Below are positions 30,043-39,072 of a stretch of 64,000 nt of DNA, in pieces (the stretch's first letter is position 1; each line of letters starts with the position of its first letter). Below the pieces are notes generated by a model. The model was not told the DNA's origin, searched no databases, and saw nothing but the letters and a program-made list of their open reading frames with translations. This DNA comes from Ignavibacteriota bacterium. GTDB lineage: Bacteria; Bacteroidota; Ignavibacteria; UBA10030. The translations under genes were made by a program, and so were the position numbers. The DNA is taken from assembly GCA_022616555.1 (NCBI GenBank), contig JAKEEG010000068.1:912-64911 (forward strand), written 5' to 3'.

Positions 30043-30140
30043 TCCCTCTCCTTAGAGGGGGAGATTAAGAGGGGGTTTATGTCGCTTCGGGAAAAACCCT
30101 CAGCGTCTAAAAACGACGCGTCCCCCTGTTAGGGGACTGC
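30043..30140. repeat. Nested-hairpin intergenic repeat, family D-like, copy 3 (inverted and diverged)
   Basis: Hairpins ccctct-cctt-agaggg and tcccct-gtt-agggga resemble the D1/D2 inner hairpins in reverse order. Confidence 0.4.
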
Positions 30141-30184
30141 AAGAAATCAACTTCCTTTGACAGCAATGATGTAAAATCAACGTG

Positions 30185-30406
30185 TCACTCCATAGGCAGG
30201 AACCAGTGGATGTAACCGCACTTCTCGCAGACTAGGCAGCGAGCGCTTTTGTTCAACCAATCGAGGTCGAAAAACGACAGAGCTGCTGTGTTAAGCTGAG
30301 CTTTGCGCTCGCTAAAACGCGAATGCTCACACACTTGACATCGGATATGAATACCACCGACGATTTTTTCTGACGCAGGTTGTTCTTTGCTTTTGAAGAT
30401 TCCCAT
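30185..30406 (-). CDS. Small zinc-ribbon protein (two CxxC pairs), function unknown
   Basis: 73 aa; CQVCEH...CLVCEKCG. Confidence 0.45.
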   Translation of the reverse strand: MGIFKSKEQPASEKIVGGIHIRCQVCEHSRFSERKAQLNTAALSFFDLDWLNKSARCLVCEKCGYIHWFLPME

Positions 30407-30429
30407 CTGCTCCTCTTATTTGATTAACT

Positions 30430-30457
30430 GGTAGGGCACAACTTGTTGTGCCCCTAC
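30430..30457. repeat. TAGGGG-N-CCCCTA-like palindrome, copy d (tagggcacaa-cttg-ttgtgcccctac)
   Basis: Near-perfect arms (one extra C); about 24 nt upstream of the 30406 start and overlapping the dinB-family stop. Confidence 0.5.
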
Positions 30458-30948
30458 TTGAGTTGCCGATAATACGCAACCAAGTCAGTTGCGACGGGCT
30501 TTACGTTAATTTGCCTGAGCATCGTCACCACCTGACCGCGATGATACGTGGAATGATTCACCACATGCTGAATCAGGTGCCAGAGCGGCTGTGTGTAGGG
30601 ATTACCACGGATGTCTTTGTATGATAGCGGCTCTTTCAGTTTTTGCTCTGTGAGCGATGCGATGAACGCATCCCGCTCGGCGCGCAGGGTGTCCCACTTG
30701 GATTTGAGAAATGGGAAATCCGGATAATCTTCCTCTTTGAGCGGTGCGGTTGGACTAACGCCTTTCCAGCGCTCGAGCCAGACCCAGTCGGAACTATACG
30801 TGTGCACGAGCGTGCCGCGGATGCCACCGTGGCTGGAGTTGAGGTTTTTCGCGTACTGGTCCTGCGGCACAGTGGCGACGATGTCGAGGATGCGATTCGT
30901 CGCCCATTTGTCGAAGTCGATGAGTGTGTTGATATTTGTCAAGGTCAT
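30454..30948 (-). CDS. DinB/YfiT-family protein (DinB_2 four-helix bundle, metal-dependent)
   Basis: 164 aa; conserved His pattern (HTYSSDWVW ... HLIQHVVNHSTYHRGQV) typical of DinB_2. Confidence 0.75.
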   Translation of the reverse strand: MTLTNINTLIDFDKWATNRILDIVATVPQDQYAKNLNSSHGGIRGTLVHTYSSDWVWLERWKGVSPTAPLKEEDYPDFPFLKSKWDTLRAERDAFIASLTEQKLKEPLSYKDIRGNPYTQPLWHLIQHVVNHSTYHRGQVVTMLRQINVKPVATDLVAYYRQLK

Positions 30949-31241
30949 ATTGACATCCTAAAAATAGAACACGGAAACAACGGATTGAACAGATAAAAAC
31001 CGGTAAAGAAAACCACGAAGGCACGAATAAAAGCACAATATACAATAGCAAAACCTGCTCGTCAACTTATGTTTTATAAAATGCGGGCTTATTTTTTATA
31101 AAAAGTTTTTATATGCGGATGTCACAGATTGCCACAGATTTCGCGGATACGTACGCCAAAATGATTTACAAATGCTCCCTTGTATGCGATCACACAAAAC
31201 AGTCGTATCAGTGAAATCTGTGCGAATCCACGAAATCCGCA

Positions 31242-33863
31242 TTACTCAGCCTTTTTCTTCATCTCCGCCAATTTTTGCAGTGCCTCTAACGGAGTCATTT
31301 TTTCGAGGTCGAGTTTTCTGAGTTCTTCTCGCAGCGCGTCGTCTTTGATTTCAAACAGCGCCATTTGGACTTCTGGCGCTAATCGGCTGTGCATCTTTTC
31401 TCCCTTTCTCCCCCGCCCCTCAGCACCCCCGCTCGCACTTAGCTCGCTTCCCTCCAAGTTTCGAAGAATCTTCTTCGCCCTGTCTGTCACCTCCTCCGGC
31501 AAGCCGGCCATCTGTGCGACTTGAATACCGTACGAGTGGTCGGCAAATCCGGGCATCACTTTATGCAGGAAGATGACTTTATCGCCATACTCACGAACAT
31601 CAACTTTGTAGTTACGGATGCGGGCGTACATTTCTGCAAGCTCGTTGAGCTCGTGGTAGTGCGTGGCGAAGAGCGTCTTCGCACCGATGCGCTCGTGGAG
31701 GTATTCCGTCAGCGCCCAGGCGATGCTGATGCCGTCGAACGTGCTCGTGCCGCGCCCGACTTCGTCGAGCAGAATAAGACTGCGCTTGGTGGCAGTATTC
31801 ACGATATGTGCGGCTTCGTGCATTTCCACCAAGAATGTGCTCTCGCCGGACGCGATGTTATCGCTCGCTCCAACGCGGGTGAAAATCTTATCCACCACAC
31901 CGATGCGCGCCGACGTCGCCGGGACGTAACTGCCGATTTGTGCAAGGAGCGTGATAAGCCCGACTTGACGAAGATAGCTGGACTTCCCGCTCATGTTGGG
32001 TCCGGTGATGATTAAAATCTGTTCGCTGTCGGCATCGAGGACGACGTCGTTCGGCGTGTAGCGCTCGCCGGGCGGGAGAAGCCGCTCGATAACCGGGTGG
32101 CGGCCTTCTTTGATTTCGATTCTGAACGAATCGTCCGCCTCCGGGCAGCAGTACTCTTGCTCCACGGCAACATCGGCAAGAGAGACGAAGCAATCGAGTA
32201 TAGCGATTGCGTACGCATTTTGCTGAATCGCCGCGGCGTGCTCGGCAACGTAGACACGAAGCTCGTTGAAGAGCTGAGTTTCAAGTGCAAGAATTTTCTC
32301 CTCGGCATGAAGAATCTTCTCCTCATATTCTTTCAGTTCGGGAGTAATGTACCGTTCGGCGTTCGTGAGCGTCTGTTTGCGGATATAATCCTGTGGGACT
32401 TTATCCTTGTGCGCGTTGGTGATTTCGATATAATAACCGAAGACGTTGTTGAATCCCACCTTGAGGGACGAAATGCCCGTGCGTTGCCGTTCTGACTGCT
32501 GGTGCTTGGCGATCCAATCCTTGCCATGGAACGCGAGGTCACGCAGCTCATCAAGTTCCTTGTGGTAACCCTGACGAATGACTCCGCCATCGACCAGAGC
32601 GAGGGGCGGGTCGTCCGCAATCGCGCGTTGAATGCGATCGACGACATCAGGGAGCGGATCCAATAGCTTCCGCAGCGAGACGAGCGCGGGAGCTTTGGAT
32701 TCCTTGAGGAATGACTGCAGATGCGGGACAAGTGCAAGGCAATACTTAAGCTGATTGATTTCGCGAGGATTGGCGCGTCCGGTTGCTATTTTTGCAATGA
32801 GCCGCTCTAAATCGCTGATGTTTGTCAGTTCTTGTCGGATCTTATCGCGCGTTGGTTTTTTCTCGACAAGCTCTTTCACCGCATCGAGGCGTTCTTGAAT
32901 CGGCTCGAGTTTCTTGAGCGGCTGGTTAATCCAGCGCTTCAATAATCTGCCGCCCATCGGCGTTTGTGTGCGGTCGATGACAGAGAACAGAGTGCCGCCT
33001 GCTTGTCCGGCAAGTGACGAGGAGATTTCCAAATTGCGCTTGGTCGATTCGTCCAGCGTGATGAATTCGGAAACATCCTGCGGCATGATCTTACGGATGT
33101 GAGGAAGGTTGGCTTTCTGCGTTTCCTGTAGGTAGTTCATCACTGCGCCGGCAGCAACAATGCCGACGCGCATCTCTTCGACGCCGAAGCCCTTCAACGA
33201 CTGCGTCTTGAAATGATTGACGAGCAGCTCGTAACCATAATCGAAGTTAAAGACCCAGTCGTCAAGCTTCGAATACAATCCCGAGAACTTCTCCCGCAAA
33301 AGACTCTGCATTGCCTCCACATCGCGTTTCTGCACCAGGACTTCCGAGGGATGGATGTTGGAGATCTGCTCCGCGAGATTGCGCAGGGCGAATTCGCTTA
33401 CAGTGAATTCGCCGGTAGACACATCGATGAACGCAAGCCCGACCTTATCGTTCGCCGTCGCCAGTGCTGACGGAAGCGCAACGGCAGCGAGGTAGTTATT
33501 CTGCTTCTGTTCTAAAACTTTTTCGGAGAAGGCGACGCCGGGCGTCACAACTTCTATCACGTCGCGCTTGACGATGCCTTTGGCGAACTTTGGGTCTTCC
33601 AACTGCTCGCAGACCGCAACGCGGTATCCGGCTTTTAACAGCTTTGGGAGATAGGATTCGAGCGCGTGGTAGGGAAATCCGGCGAGGGGCACTTCCCCCG
33701 CCGAGCCGCTGCCGCGCCTGGTGAGCGTTATGCCGAGGACTTTCGACGCGGTTTTCGCGTCGTCGTCGAACGTCTCGTAGAAATCTCCCATACGAAACAG
33801 CAGGATGGTGCCGGGGTACTTGGCTTTCACCTGCTGGTATTGTTTCATTAAGGGAGTTGTCAC
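31242..33863 (-). CDS. mutS: DNA mismatch repair protein MutS
   Basis: 873 aa; N-terminus MTTPLMKQYQQVKAKYPGTILLFRMGDFYETF; Walker A GPNMSGKSS. Confidence 0.95.
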   Translation of the reverse strand: MTTPLMKQYQQVKAKYPGTILLFRMGDFYETFDDDAKTASKVLGITLTRRGSGSAGEVPLAGFPYHALESYLPKLLKAGYRVAVCEQLEDPKFAKGIVKRDVIEVVTPGVAFSEKVLEQKQNNYLAAVALPSALATANDKVGLAFIDVSTGEFTVSEFALRNLAEQISNIHPSEVLVQKRDVEAMQSLLREKFSGLYSKLDDWVFNFDYGYELLVNHFKTQSLKGFGVEEMRVGIVAAGAVMNYLQETQKANLPHIRKIMPQDVSEFITLDESTKRNLEISSSLAGQAGGTLFSVIDRTQTPMGGRLLKRWINQPLKKLEPIQERLDAVKELVEKKPTRDKIRQELTNISDLERLIAKIATGRANPREINQLKYCLALVPHLQSFLKESKAPALVSLRKLLDPLPDVVDRIQRAIADDPPLALVDGGVIRQGYHKELDELRDLAFHGKDWIAKHQQSERQRTGISSLKVGFNNVFGYYIEITNAHKDKVPQDYIRKQTLTNAERYITPELKEYEEKILHAEEKILALETQLFNELRVYVAEHAAAIQQNAYAIAILDCFVSLADVAVEQEYCCPEADDSFRIEIKEGRHPVIERLLPPGERYTPNDVVLDADSEQILIITGPNMSGKSSYLRQVGLITLLAQIGSYVPATSARIGVVDKIFTRVGASDNIASGESTFLVEMHEAAHIVNTATKRSLILLDEVGRGTSTFDGISIAWALTEYLHERIGAKTLFATHYHELNELAEMYARIRNYKVDVREYGDKVIFLHKVMPGFADHSYGIQVAQMAGLPEEVTDRAKKILRNLEGSELSASGGAEGRGRKGEKMHSRLAPEVQMALFEIKDDALREELRKLDLEKMTPLEALQKLAEMKKKAE

Positions 33864-34020
33864 GATAATTTCAAATGAAAAGGTTCAAATGAGAAATGAA
33901 AAGGGAAAAATTCATCAACAAAGGACACGAAGAACACTAAGGAAAACAAAAAATTATAAATGATTCGCGAGTTGTCTCGGTCTATACCTGCTTATGGCAG
34001 GTATTCCTTCGATAAAATAA

Positions 34021-34075
34021 ACCTCCCCCCTTTTATTCCCCTCGGTGAGGGGGACAGTACGATTAACCTTCATAC
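34021..34075. repeat. Short repeat family C, copy 1 (CCTCCCCC-TTTATT-CCCCTC-GGT-GAGGGGGACAG)
   Basis: Hairpin cccctc-ggt-gagggg; related copies at 34122 and 40155. Confidence 0.55.
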
Positions 34076-34121
34076 TCTGCTTCCATGAGTTGTCTCAGTC
34101 AGAGACCTTCGACAAAAACAG

Positions 34122-34185
34122 CACCTCCCCCTTTATTCCCCCTCGGTGAGGGGAACAGTACGATTAACCTTCGTACTCAGCTTCG
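34122..34185. repeat. Short repeat family C, copy 2
   Basis: cacctccccctttattccccctcggtgaggggaacagtacg. Confidence 0.55.
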
Positions 34186-34388
34186 ACGGTAGCTGCACCG
34201 GTTTCATCAATGTGAATCCTCAGCACGTTAGGCCTGCAGCAAACGACGCAGTCTTCCACGAACTGTTGTTTGCTCCCGGCAGTGTGGTCAACAAAGACTT
34301 CGTTTTCCTCGCCACAGCTTGCACAGGCGTAGGTCACATATCCGTCACCTCCACCCTCATCCAGTAATTCATCCCCTGATTCTCTCAC
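34164..34388 (-). CDS. CPXCG-related cysteine-rich zinc-finger protein
   Basis: 74 aa; YACASCGEENEV...EDCVVCCRPNV matches the Cys_rich_CPXCG pattern. Confidence 0.55.
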   Translation of the reverse strand: MRESGDELLDEGGGDGYVTYACASCGEENEVFVDHTAGSKQQFVEDCVVCCRPNVLRIHIDETGAATVEAEYEG

Positions 34389-34438
34389 GGGGTCAAGATA
34401 ACAAAATTAGTCTAAAGTTTATAGTCTCTATATTGGGA

Positions 34439-34468
34439 GGGCGACGTGGCGCCACGTCGCCTGCGCAG
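34439..34468. repeat. Palindrome family E, copy 2 (ggcgacgtg-gcgc-cacgtcgcc-tgcgca)
   Basis: Shares the GGCGACG...CGTCGCCTGCGC arms with copies at 88 and 62047; lies in a divergent intergenic region. Confidence 0.45.
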
Positions 34469-34571
34469 GGTCAGAGGAAAAATCCCCTAAACTCGCCGCG
34501 AAGGCTTATTGCAATTGCGGCAAAGTTTGGGTAGTTTTTGAGGCTTCGTTTTTCACCCTCAGACAGGAACC

Positions 34572-35444
34572 ATGGGACTTTATCCTCAACCGAATCAATG
34601 GCAATGCGGACCGTTTGCGCTCAAGCATGCGCTGGTGACGTTAGGCATTTTTGCAGATGAAAAGCACATCACGAAAATCGCCGGCACGCACTGGTGGTAC
34701 GGCACGGACGATATTCAACTCAGCAAAGCGGCAAAGCAATACAAATGCAAGATGATGATCATCCGCCGCCACGACCCGGAACAGGCGCGGCGCGAGCTGG
34801 TTGCGTACCTCCGGCGCGGAATTCCCACACTGTTGTGCGTGAATGAATGGGAACACTGGATCACCGTCGTAAAAGAAGAAAGCGGACAGTTCATTGCGCT
34901 CGATAGCGCCGACGACGCCGTGCTGACAATCCTTCCCTGGCGACAGTTAAAACGCATCTGGGTGTACCACGAACAGGACGAGCTGGATAAGAGTTTCGTC
35001 CGCACAATTTACGACTATCACCCAGTCCTTCCAAAGCGCCGCGTCCAGACCAAGGCGCGCTTCTCCATTTCACGGGCGCGATTCCTCCGCCGCTATGAGA
35101 ACAGGACGCTCTCCCAGAACTGGGACAAGTACGTTGCCGATTTGCTCGATTTATGCAAACCACGCACAGCGTTAAGCGAGAAAGTAATTTCGTTGGGAGA
35201 ATTTTTTCGCAGGCACGAAGAAATGATCATCGACCAGGTCTCGTACTGGCACGGGACGGTGACGCCGCGGCAAGCGCGGTCGCTGCTCAAGCAATTCCGG
35301 TTAGTGGCCGATACGTACGGTTTGGTAATTCACGAAGAAGACGAGAAGCGCGCAATTGCGGGTATTACGTCGCTCACCACGCTCTGGGCTGCAGGGAAGT
35401 ACGGCTCGATGCCGGTGTATGGCGAGAAGAAGGCACGCAAGTAA
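34572..35444 (+). CDS. Hypothetical protein with an N-terminal papain-like (C39-like) cysteine peptidase signature
   Basis: 290 aa; Q-x5-C (QWQCGPFAL) with downstream H-W (NEWEHWITVV) and an Asp-rich stretch, consistent with a papain-fold catalytic triad; C-terminal half unassigned. Confidence 0.45.
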   Translation: MGLYPQPNQWQCGPFALKHALVTLGIFADEKHITKIAGTHWWYGTDDIQLSKAAKQYKCKMMIIRRHDPEQARRELVAYLRRGIPTLLCVNEWEHWITVVKEESGQFIALDSADDAVLTILPWRQLKRIWVYHEQDELDKSFVRTIYDYHPVLPKRRVQTKARFSISRARFLRRYENRTLSQNWDKYVADLLDLCKPRTALSEKVISLGEFFRRHEEMIIDQVSYWHGTVTPRQARSLLKQFRLVADTYGLVIHEEDEKRAIAGITSLTTLWAAGKYGSMPVYGEKKARK

Positions 35445-35534
35445 TAATAATGACAAATGTCGAAGCCCAAATCACAAATGAATAACAAATGAGATTCTTC
35501 GCTTCGCCTGCCTGCCGGCAGGCTCAGAATGACA

Positions 35535-35990
35535 TTAAAGTAGCGGAAGACACTCTTCAGGAAATTCTTTCATTCTCTCACGCCCAAGCTTTTGCAGTTC
35601 CTCCTTTGCTTTCATCAAATTTTTTCTCAGCTTTTTAACATCAATCCCGAGGAACGTCGCGGGAAACAGTTCCAGCTTCGCGAGCGCTTTATCGATGTTA
35701 TTCAGCGCGCCGTTGTATTTCGGGTCTGTAATAATCCGGTGATATGCCGCAGCGGTTTGAATGATTCCTTGGAAGAAAATCCGGCTCTCCTCTTCTTTTC
35801 GCTTCCACAGCTCTTCCCACACTTCGTGGGCGTGCCAGTAGTGTTGTCCATTAAACAGTTCGATTCCGTGCTGAAACAGCCTTTTCTCGTCATCCGAAAG
35901 ACGCGGTTCTGTCAGCAATGAGGCGTCAACCTCTTTTATATTCTTTTTGCGCGGGAGTGTCATATTCATTGTAAGATACAGCGCGAACAT
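35535..35990 (-). CDS. DUF309-family protein
   Basis: 151 aa (true start may be the internal MNMTLPRKK); conserved H-x-x-W-E-x-x-W motif (HAHEVWEELWK). Confidence 0.6.
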   Translation of the reverse strand: MFALYLTMNMTLPRKKNIKEVDASLLTEPRLSDDEKRLFQHGIELFNGQHYWHAHEVWEELWKRKEEESRIFFQGIIQTAAAYHRIITDPKYNGALNNIDKALAKLELFPATFLGIDVKKLRKNLMKAKEELQKLGRERMKEFPEECLPLL

Positions 35991-36096
35991 TCGGCGTGCA
36001 AATCCGCCAATTGGACAAGTTTTCGTTGCATCTCTGAAGTGATTTCACTAATATAACCGCACTCATTTTAGAACGCTCACAACGCGAGGAAATTCC

Positions 36097-37434
36097 ATGG
36101 AACAAACCGGTCGGGGAATATGGGGCTCGAGGCTCGGATTCATTCTTGCTGCAGCGGGCTCCGCCATCGGGCTCGGAAATATCTGGCGTTACCCGTATAT
36201 CACCGGACAGAACGGCGGAGCTGCTTTCGTATTGCTGTATGTCGGGTGCGTGTTTCTCATTGCGCTGCCGGTTCTCATTGCAGAGCTTTCACTGGGCCGC
36301 AGAACAACACTTGACCCCGTCGGCGCGTTTAAGGCACTCAGCCCATCGAAGAAGTGGCCGATGGTTGGTTATCTCGGCGTCATTACGGGAATCGGCATTC
36401 TGTCGTTCTATGCTGTGGTTGCCGGATGGACTCTCGGCTACATTGTGCGCACGATTATCCCAAGCACCGAAGACTTCGCTCAATTCGTCGCCAACCCGTT
36501 CGAGGAGATTGGATACTTTGCGGCATTCCTGCTGCTCACGATGTTTGTCGTTCTGGGCGGCGTAGAAAAAGGAATCGAACGCTGGTCGAAATTTTTGATG
36601 CCTGCGCTCTTTGTTTTATTAGGTGCTTTGATCATCTACAACCTGACATTACCCGGCGCCGGAGCGGGCATCGAATTTTACCTCAAGCCGGATTTCAGCA
36701 AGATCACCGCCTCGACTGCACTTGCTGCGCTTGGACAGGCGTTCTTCTCGCTTAGCCTCGGCATGGGGACGATGATCACCTATGGCAGTTACATCTCCAA
36801 AAAAGAAAATATTCCCATTAGCGGCGCTTCGGTTGCAATAGCCGACACGACCATTGCCTTCCTCGCCGGACTGATGATTTTCCCGGCTCTCTTCTCCGTC
36901 GGCATGGAACCCACACAGGGACCTGCCCTTGTCTTCAACGTCTTACCGGCAGTTTTTGCGCAGATGCCTGCAGGAAATGTGATCAGTCTTGCATTTTTCA
37001 TCCTGCTGGCTATTGCTGCACTCACCTCGACTGTTTCACTGCTGGAGGTTCCCGTTGCGTACATGGTGGACCAGAAAAAATGGTCACGCAAAAAGGCAAC
37101 GGTCGTTGTGACTGCCGCAACGTTTCTCATCGGGCTTCCTTCGGCGCTCTCCCAAGGCACGGTTGAGTGGTTCAGCAATCTTACCGTGTTCGGGCAGCAA
37201 GGCGTTTTGAGTATTATGAGTTTCGTATTCAGCGATCTCTCGTTGCCCATTGGCGGGTTCTTTATTTCGCTGTTCGTTGGGTGGGTATGGGGCGTCGACA
37301 AGGCGTATCAGGAATTGCTCCTGAACACGTCGCCCATGATGGCAAAAATCCTTAGCCTGTGGGGAATTTTTGTTCGGTATATCTGTCCGCTCGTTATTCT
37401 GTTGATACTCGTTTCTAAAATTCTTGGCATATAG
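36097..37434 (+). CDS. Sodium-dependent transporter, neurotransmitter:sodium symporter (NSS/SNF) family
   Basis: 445 aa; GNIWRYPYITGQNGGAAFVLLY motif; 11-12 TM helices. Confidence 0.85.
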   Translation: MEQTGRGIWGSRLGFILAAAGSAIGLGNIWRYPYITGQNGGAAFVLLYVGCVFLIALPVLIAELSLGRRTTLDPVGAFKALSPSKKWPMVGYLGVITGIGILSFYAVVAGWTLGYIVRTIIPSTEDFAQFVANPFEEIGYFAAFLLLTMFVVLGGVEKGIERWSKFLMPALFVLLGALIIYNLTLPGAGAGIEFYLKPDFSKITASTALAALGQAFFSLSLGMGTMITYGSYISKKENIPISGASVAIADTTIAFLAGLMIFPALFSVGMEPTQGPALVFNVLPAVFAQMPAGNVISLAFFILLAIAALTSTVSLLEVPVAYMVDQKKWSRKKATVVVTAATFLIGLPSALSQGTVEWFSNLTVFGQQGVLSIMSFVFSDLSLPIGGFFISLFVGWVWGVDKAYQELLLNTSPMMAKILSLWGIFVRYICPLVILLILVSKILGI

Positions 37435-37479
37435 CCGAGTGCGCAGGTAGCTATAGCTCACTAATTCCGGAGTTACTTT

Positions 37480-38928
37480 ATGGAATCATTGTTGGACAAA
37501 TTATTAGAAATTACCCAGTGGGGTGCTGATAATATCTGGTGGCCCGAAATCCCGGGTGTTCCGTTTTTCCCCGGCGTGGTGGTGCTTTTGGCAATTACCG
37601 GCATCTACATGTCGTACAAAACGGGGTTTATTCAAGTCCGGCGGCTGGGGCTTGCGATCAAGTTCATGCTGCGCGGGCGGAGCAAGTCAGACATGGAAGG
37701 CAGGACCGGGGACGTAACGCCCTTCCAGGCTCTGATGACTGCGCTTGCCGCGACAGTCGGCAACGGAAACATCGCGGGCGTGGCGACTGCCATCGCAAGT
37801 GGCGGACCCGGCGCGCCGTTCTGGATGTGGATGACAGCGGTGTTCGGCATGGCGACGAAGTACGCCGAAGGCATGCTCGGGTTGAAATACCGCATCAAGA
37901 CGGCGGACGGTACGTTCAGCGGCGGAGCAATGTATTACCTGCGAGACGGGCTTAAGAATAAAGGACTTGGGAAATTTCTCGCGTTCTGGTTTTCTGTTGC
38001 GGTCATTTTTATGGCGACGTTCGGCAGCGGCAACATGGCGCAATCGAATTCCATCTCCCTTGCGCTCAACAGCGATTTCGGTATTCCGTTCGTCGTGACG
38101 GGTATCTTGCTAGCGATATTGACTGGTGTGGTCATCATCGGCGGCATTAAGCGCATTGCGGTAGTGGCTGAGCGACTTGTGCCGGGCATGATTGTGCTCT
38201 ACATGGGCGCGGGACTGTATGTGATTCTCGCGAACTTCACCAATATTCCTGCTATTCTCATGATAGTGTTGGAATCAGCATTCACCAATGAAGCGATGGT
38301 CGGCGGATTTCTTGGGCACACAGTGAAAGAAGGCATCCGCTTTGGCGTTGCGCGAGGGACACTCTCGAACGAATCGGGCATCGGGTCGTGCTCCATTCCG
38401 GCCGCCGCCGCGAAAGGCAATGAAGCGGCGGCGCAGGGCATGGTCGCCATGATGGGCACATTCATCGACACCATTATCGTCTGCAGCATGACCACATTCG
38501 TGATTTTGAGCTCCAACCTGCACCCGCACACAACAGGATTGACGAGCACTGAATTAACAAAATCCGCGTTCGCAGTCGGCCTCGGATCCGATTTGGGCGG
38601 CTGGATTGTAAGCTTGAGCAGCTTCTTGTTCGGCTATACAACACTCATCGGCTGGTCCTATTATGGCGAGCAGGGGGCGAAATATCTCTGGGGCGTAAAA
38701 GCAACAATGCCGTATCGCTATATCTTCTGCGCGTTCGCATTTGCCGGAGCAGTGTTCCAAGGCAAATATTTGCAGATCGTGTGGAACTTCGGCGACATTG
38801 GCAACGCGCTGATGGCGATTCCGAATTTGATTGGATTGATTCTCCTGGGTGGCATCATCAAATCCGTAACGGATGATTACCTGAAGCGGTGGGATGCCAA
38901 CCAAATTACCAGCCCGTTTGGGGATTAA
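37480..38928 (+). CDS. Alanine/glycine:cation symporter (AGCS-family amino acid carrier)
   Basis: 482 aa; AGCS-like TM topology and conserved motifs (ATVGNGNIAGVATAI, GGPGAPFWMW). Confidence 0.85.
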   Translation: MESLLDKLLEITQWGADNIWWPEIPGVPFFPGVVVLLAITGIYMSYKTGFIQVRRLGLAIKFMLRGRSKSDMEGRTGDVTPFQALMTALAATVGNGNIAGVATAIASGGPGAPFWMWMTAVFGMATKYAEGMLGLKYRIKTADGTFSGGAMYYLRDGLKNKGLGKFLAFWFSVAVIFMATFGSGNMAQSNSISLALNSDFGIPFVVTGILLAILTGVVIIGGIKRIAVVAERLVPGMIVLYMGAGLYVILANFTNIPAILMIVLESAFTNEAMVGGFLGHTVKEGIRFGVARGTLSNESGIGSCSIPAAAAKGNEAAAQGMVAMMGTFIDTIIVCSMTTFVILSSNLHPHTTGLTSTELTKSAFAVGLGSDLGGWIVSLSSFLFGYTTLIGWSYYGEQGAKYLWGVKATMPYRYIFCAFAFAGAVFQGKYLQIVWNFGDIGNALMAIPNLIGLILLGGIIKSVTDDYLKRWDANQITSPFGD

Positions 38929-38942
38929 CAGCATCGACATTC

Positions 38943-38970
38943 GTAGGGGTTCAATATATTGAACCCCTAC
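38943..38970. repeat. TAGGGG-N-CCCCTA palindrome, copy e (gtaggggttcaatat-atattgaacccctac)
   Basis: Perfect 28 nt palindrome between convergent genes, just before a terminator. Confidence 0.6.
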
Positions 38971-38977
38971 AATAAAA

Positions 38978-39008
38978 ATCCCGGCTCGCGAGAGCCGGGA
39001 TTTTTTGT
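38978..39008. terminator. Bidirectional rho-independent terminator (cccggctc-gcga-gagccggg flanked by A/T runs)
   Basis: 8 bp GC stem followed by ttttttg on plus; A-run on the other side serves the convergent minus-strand asparaginase gene. Confidence 0.7.
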
Positions 39009-39072
39009 TCTGCAAATGACAGCGGCGTAGAGTCCGGTTTGCAACCGGACATGCCCGATTACGAATCGGACA

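Larger units (their letters stand above)
33968..34200. repeat. Roughly 120 bp tandem duplication (two diverged units); the second unit overlaps the 3' end of the CPXCG gene
   Basis: Unit 1 gagttgtctcggtct...ataaacctccccccttttattcccctcggtgagggggacagtacgattaaccttcatactctgcttc; unit 2 gagttgtctcagtc...gcacctccccctttattccccctcggtgaggggaacagtacgattaaccttcgtactcagcttc. Confidence 0.6.

Noticed and set aside
33968-34200. Possible CRISPR array suggested by direct repeats with hairpins
   Set aside because: Only two units of about 120 bp, diverged, overlapping a gene end; no regular short repeat-spacer periodicity and no cas genes
36120-38189. Multiple alternative-frame ORFs inside the NSS and AGCS transporter genes
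   Set aside because: Overlap well-supported transporter reading frames; Arg/Cys-rich artefacts
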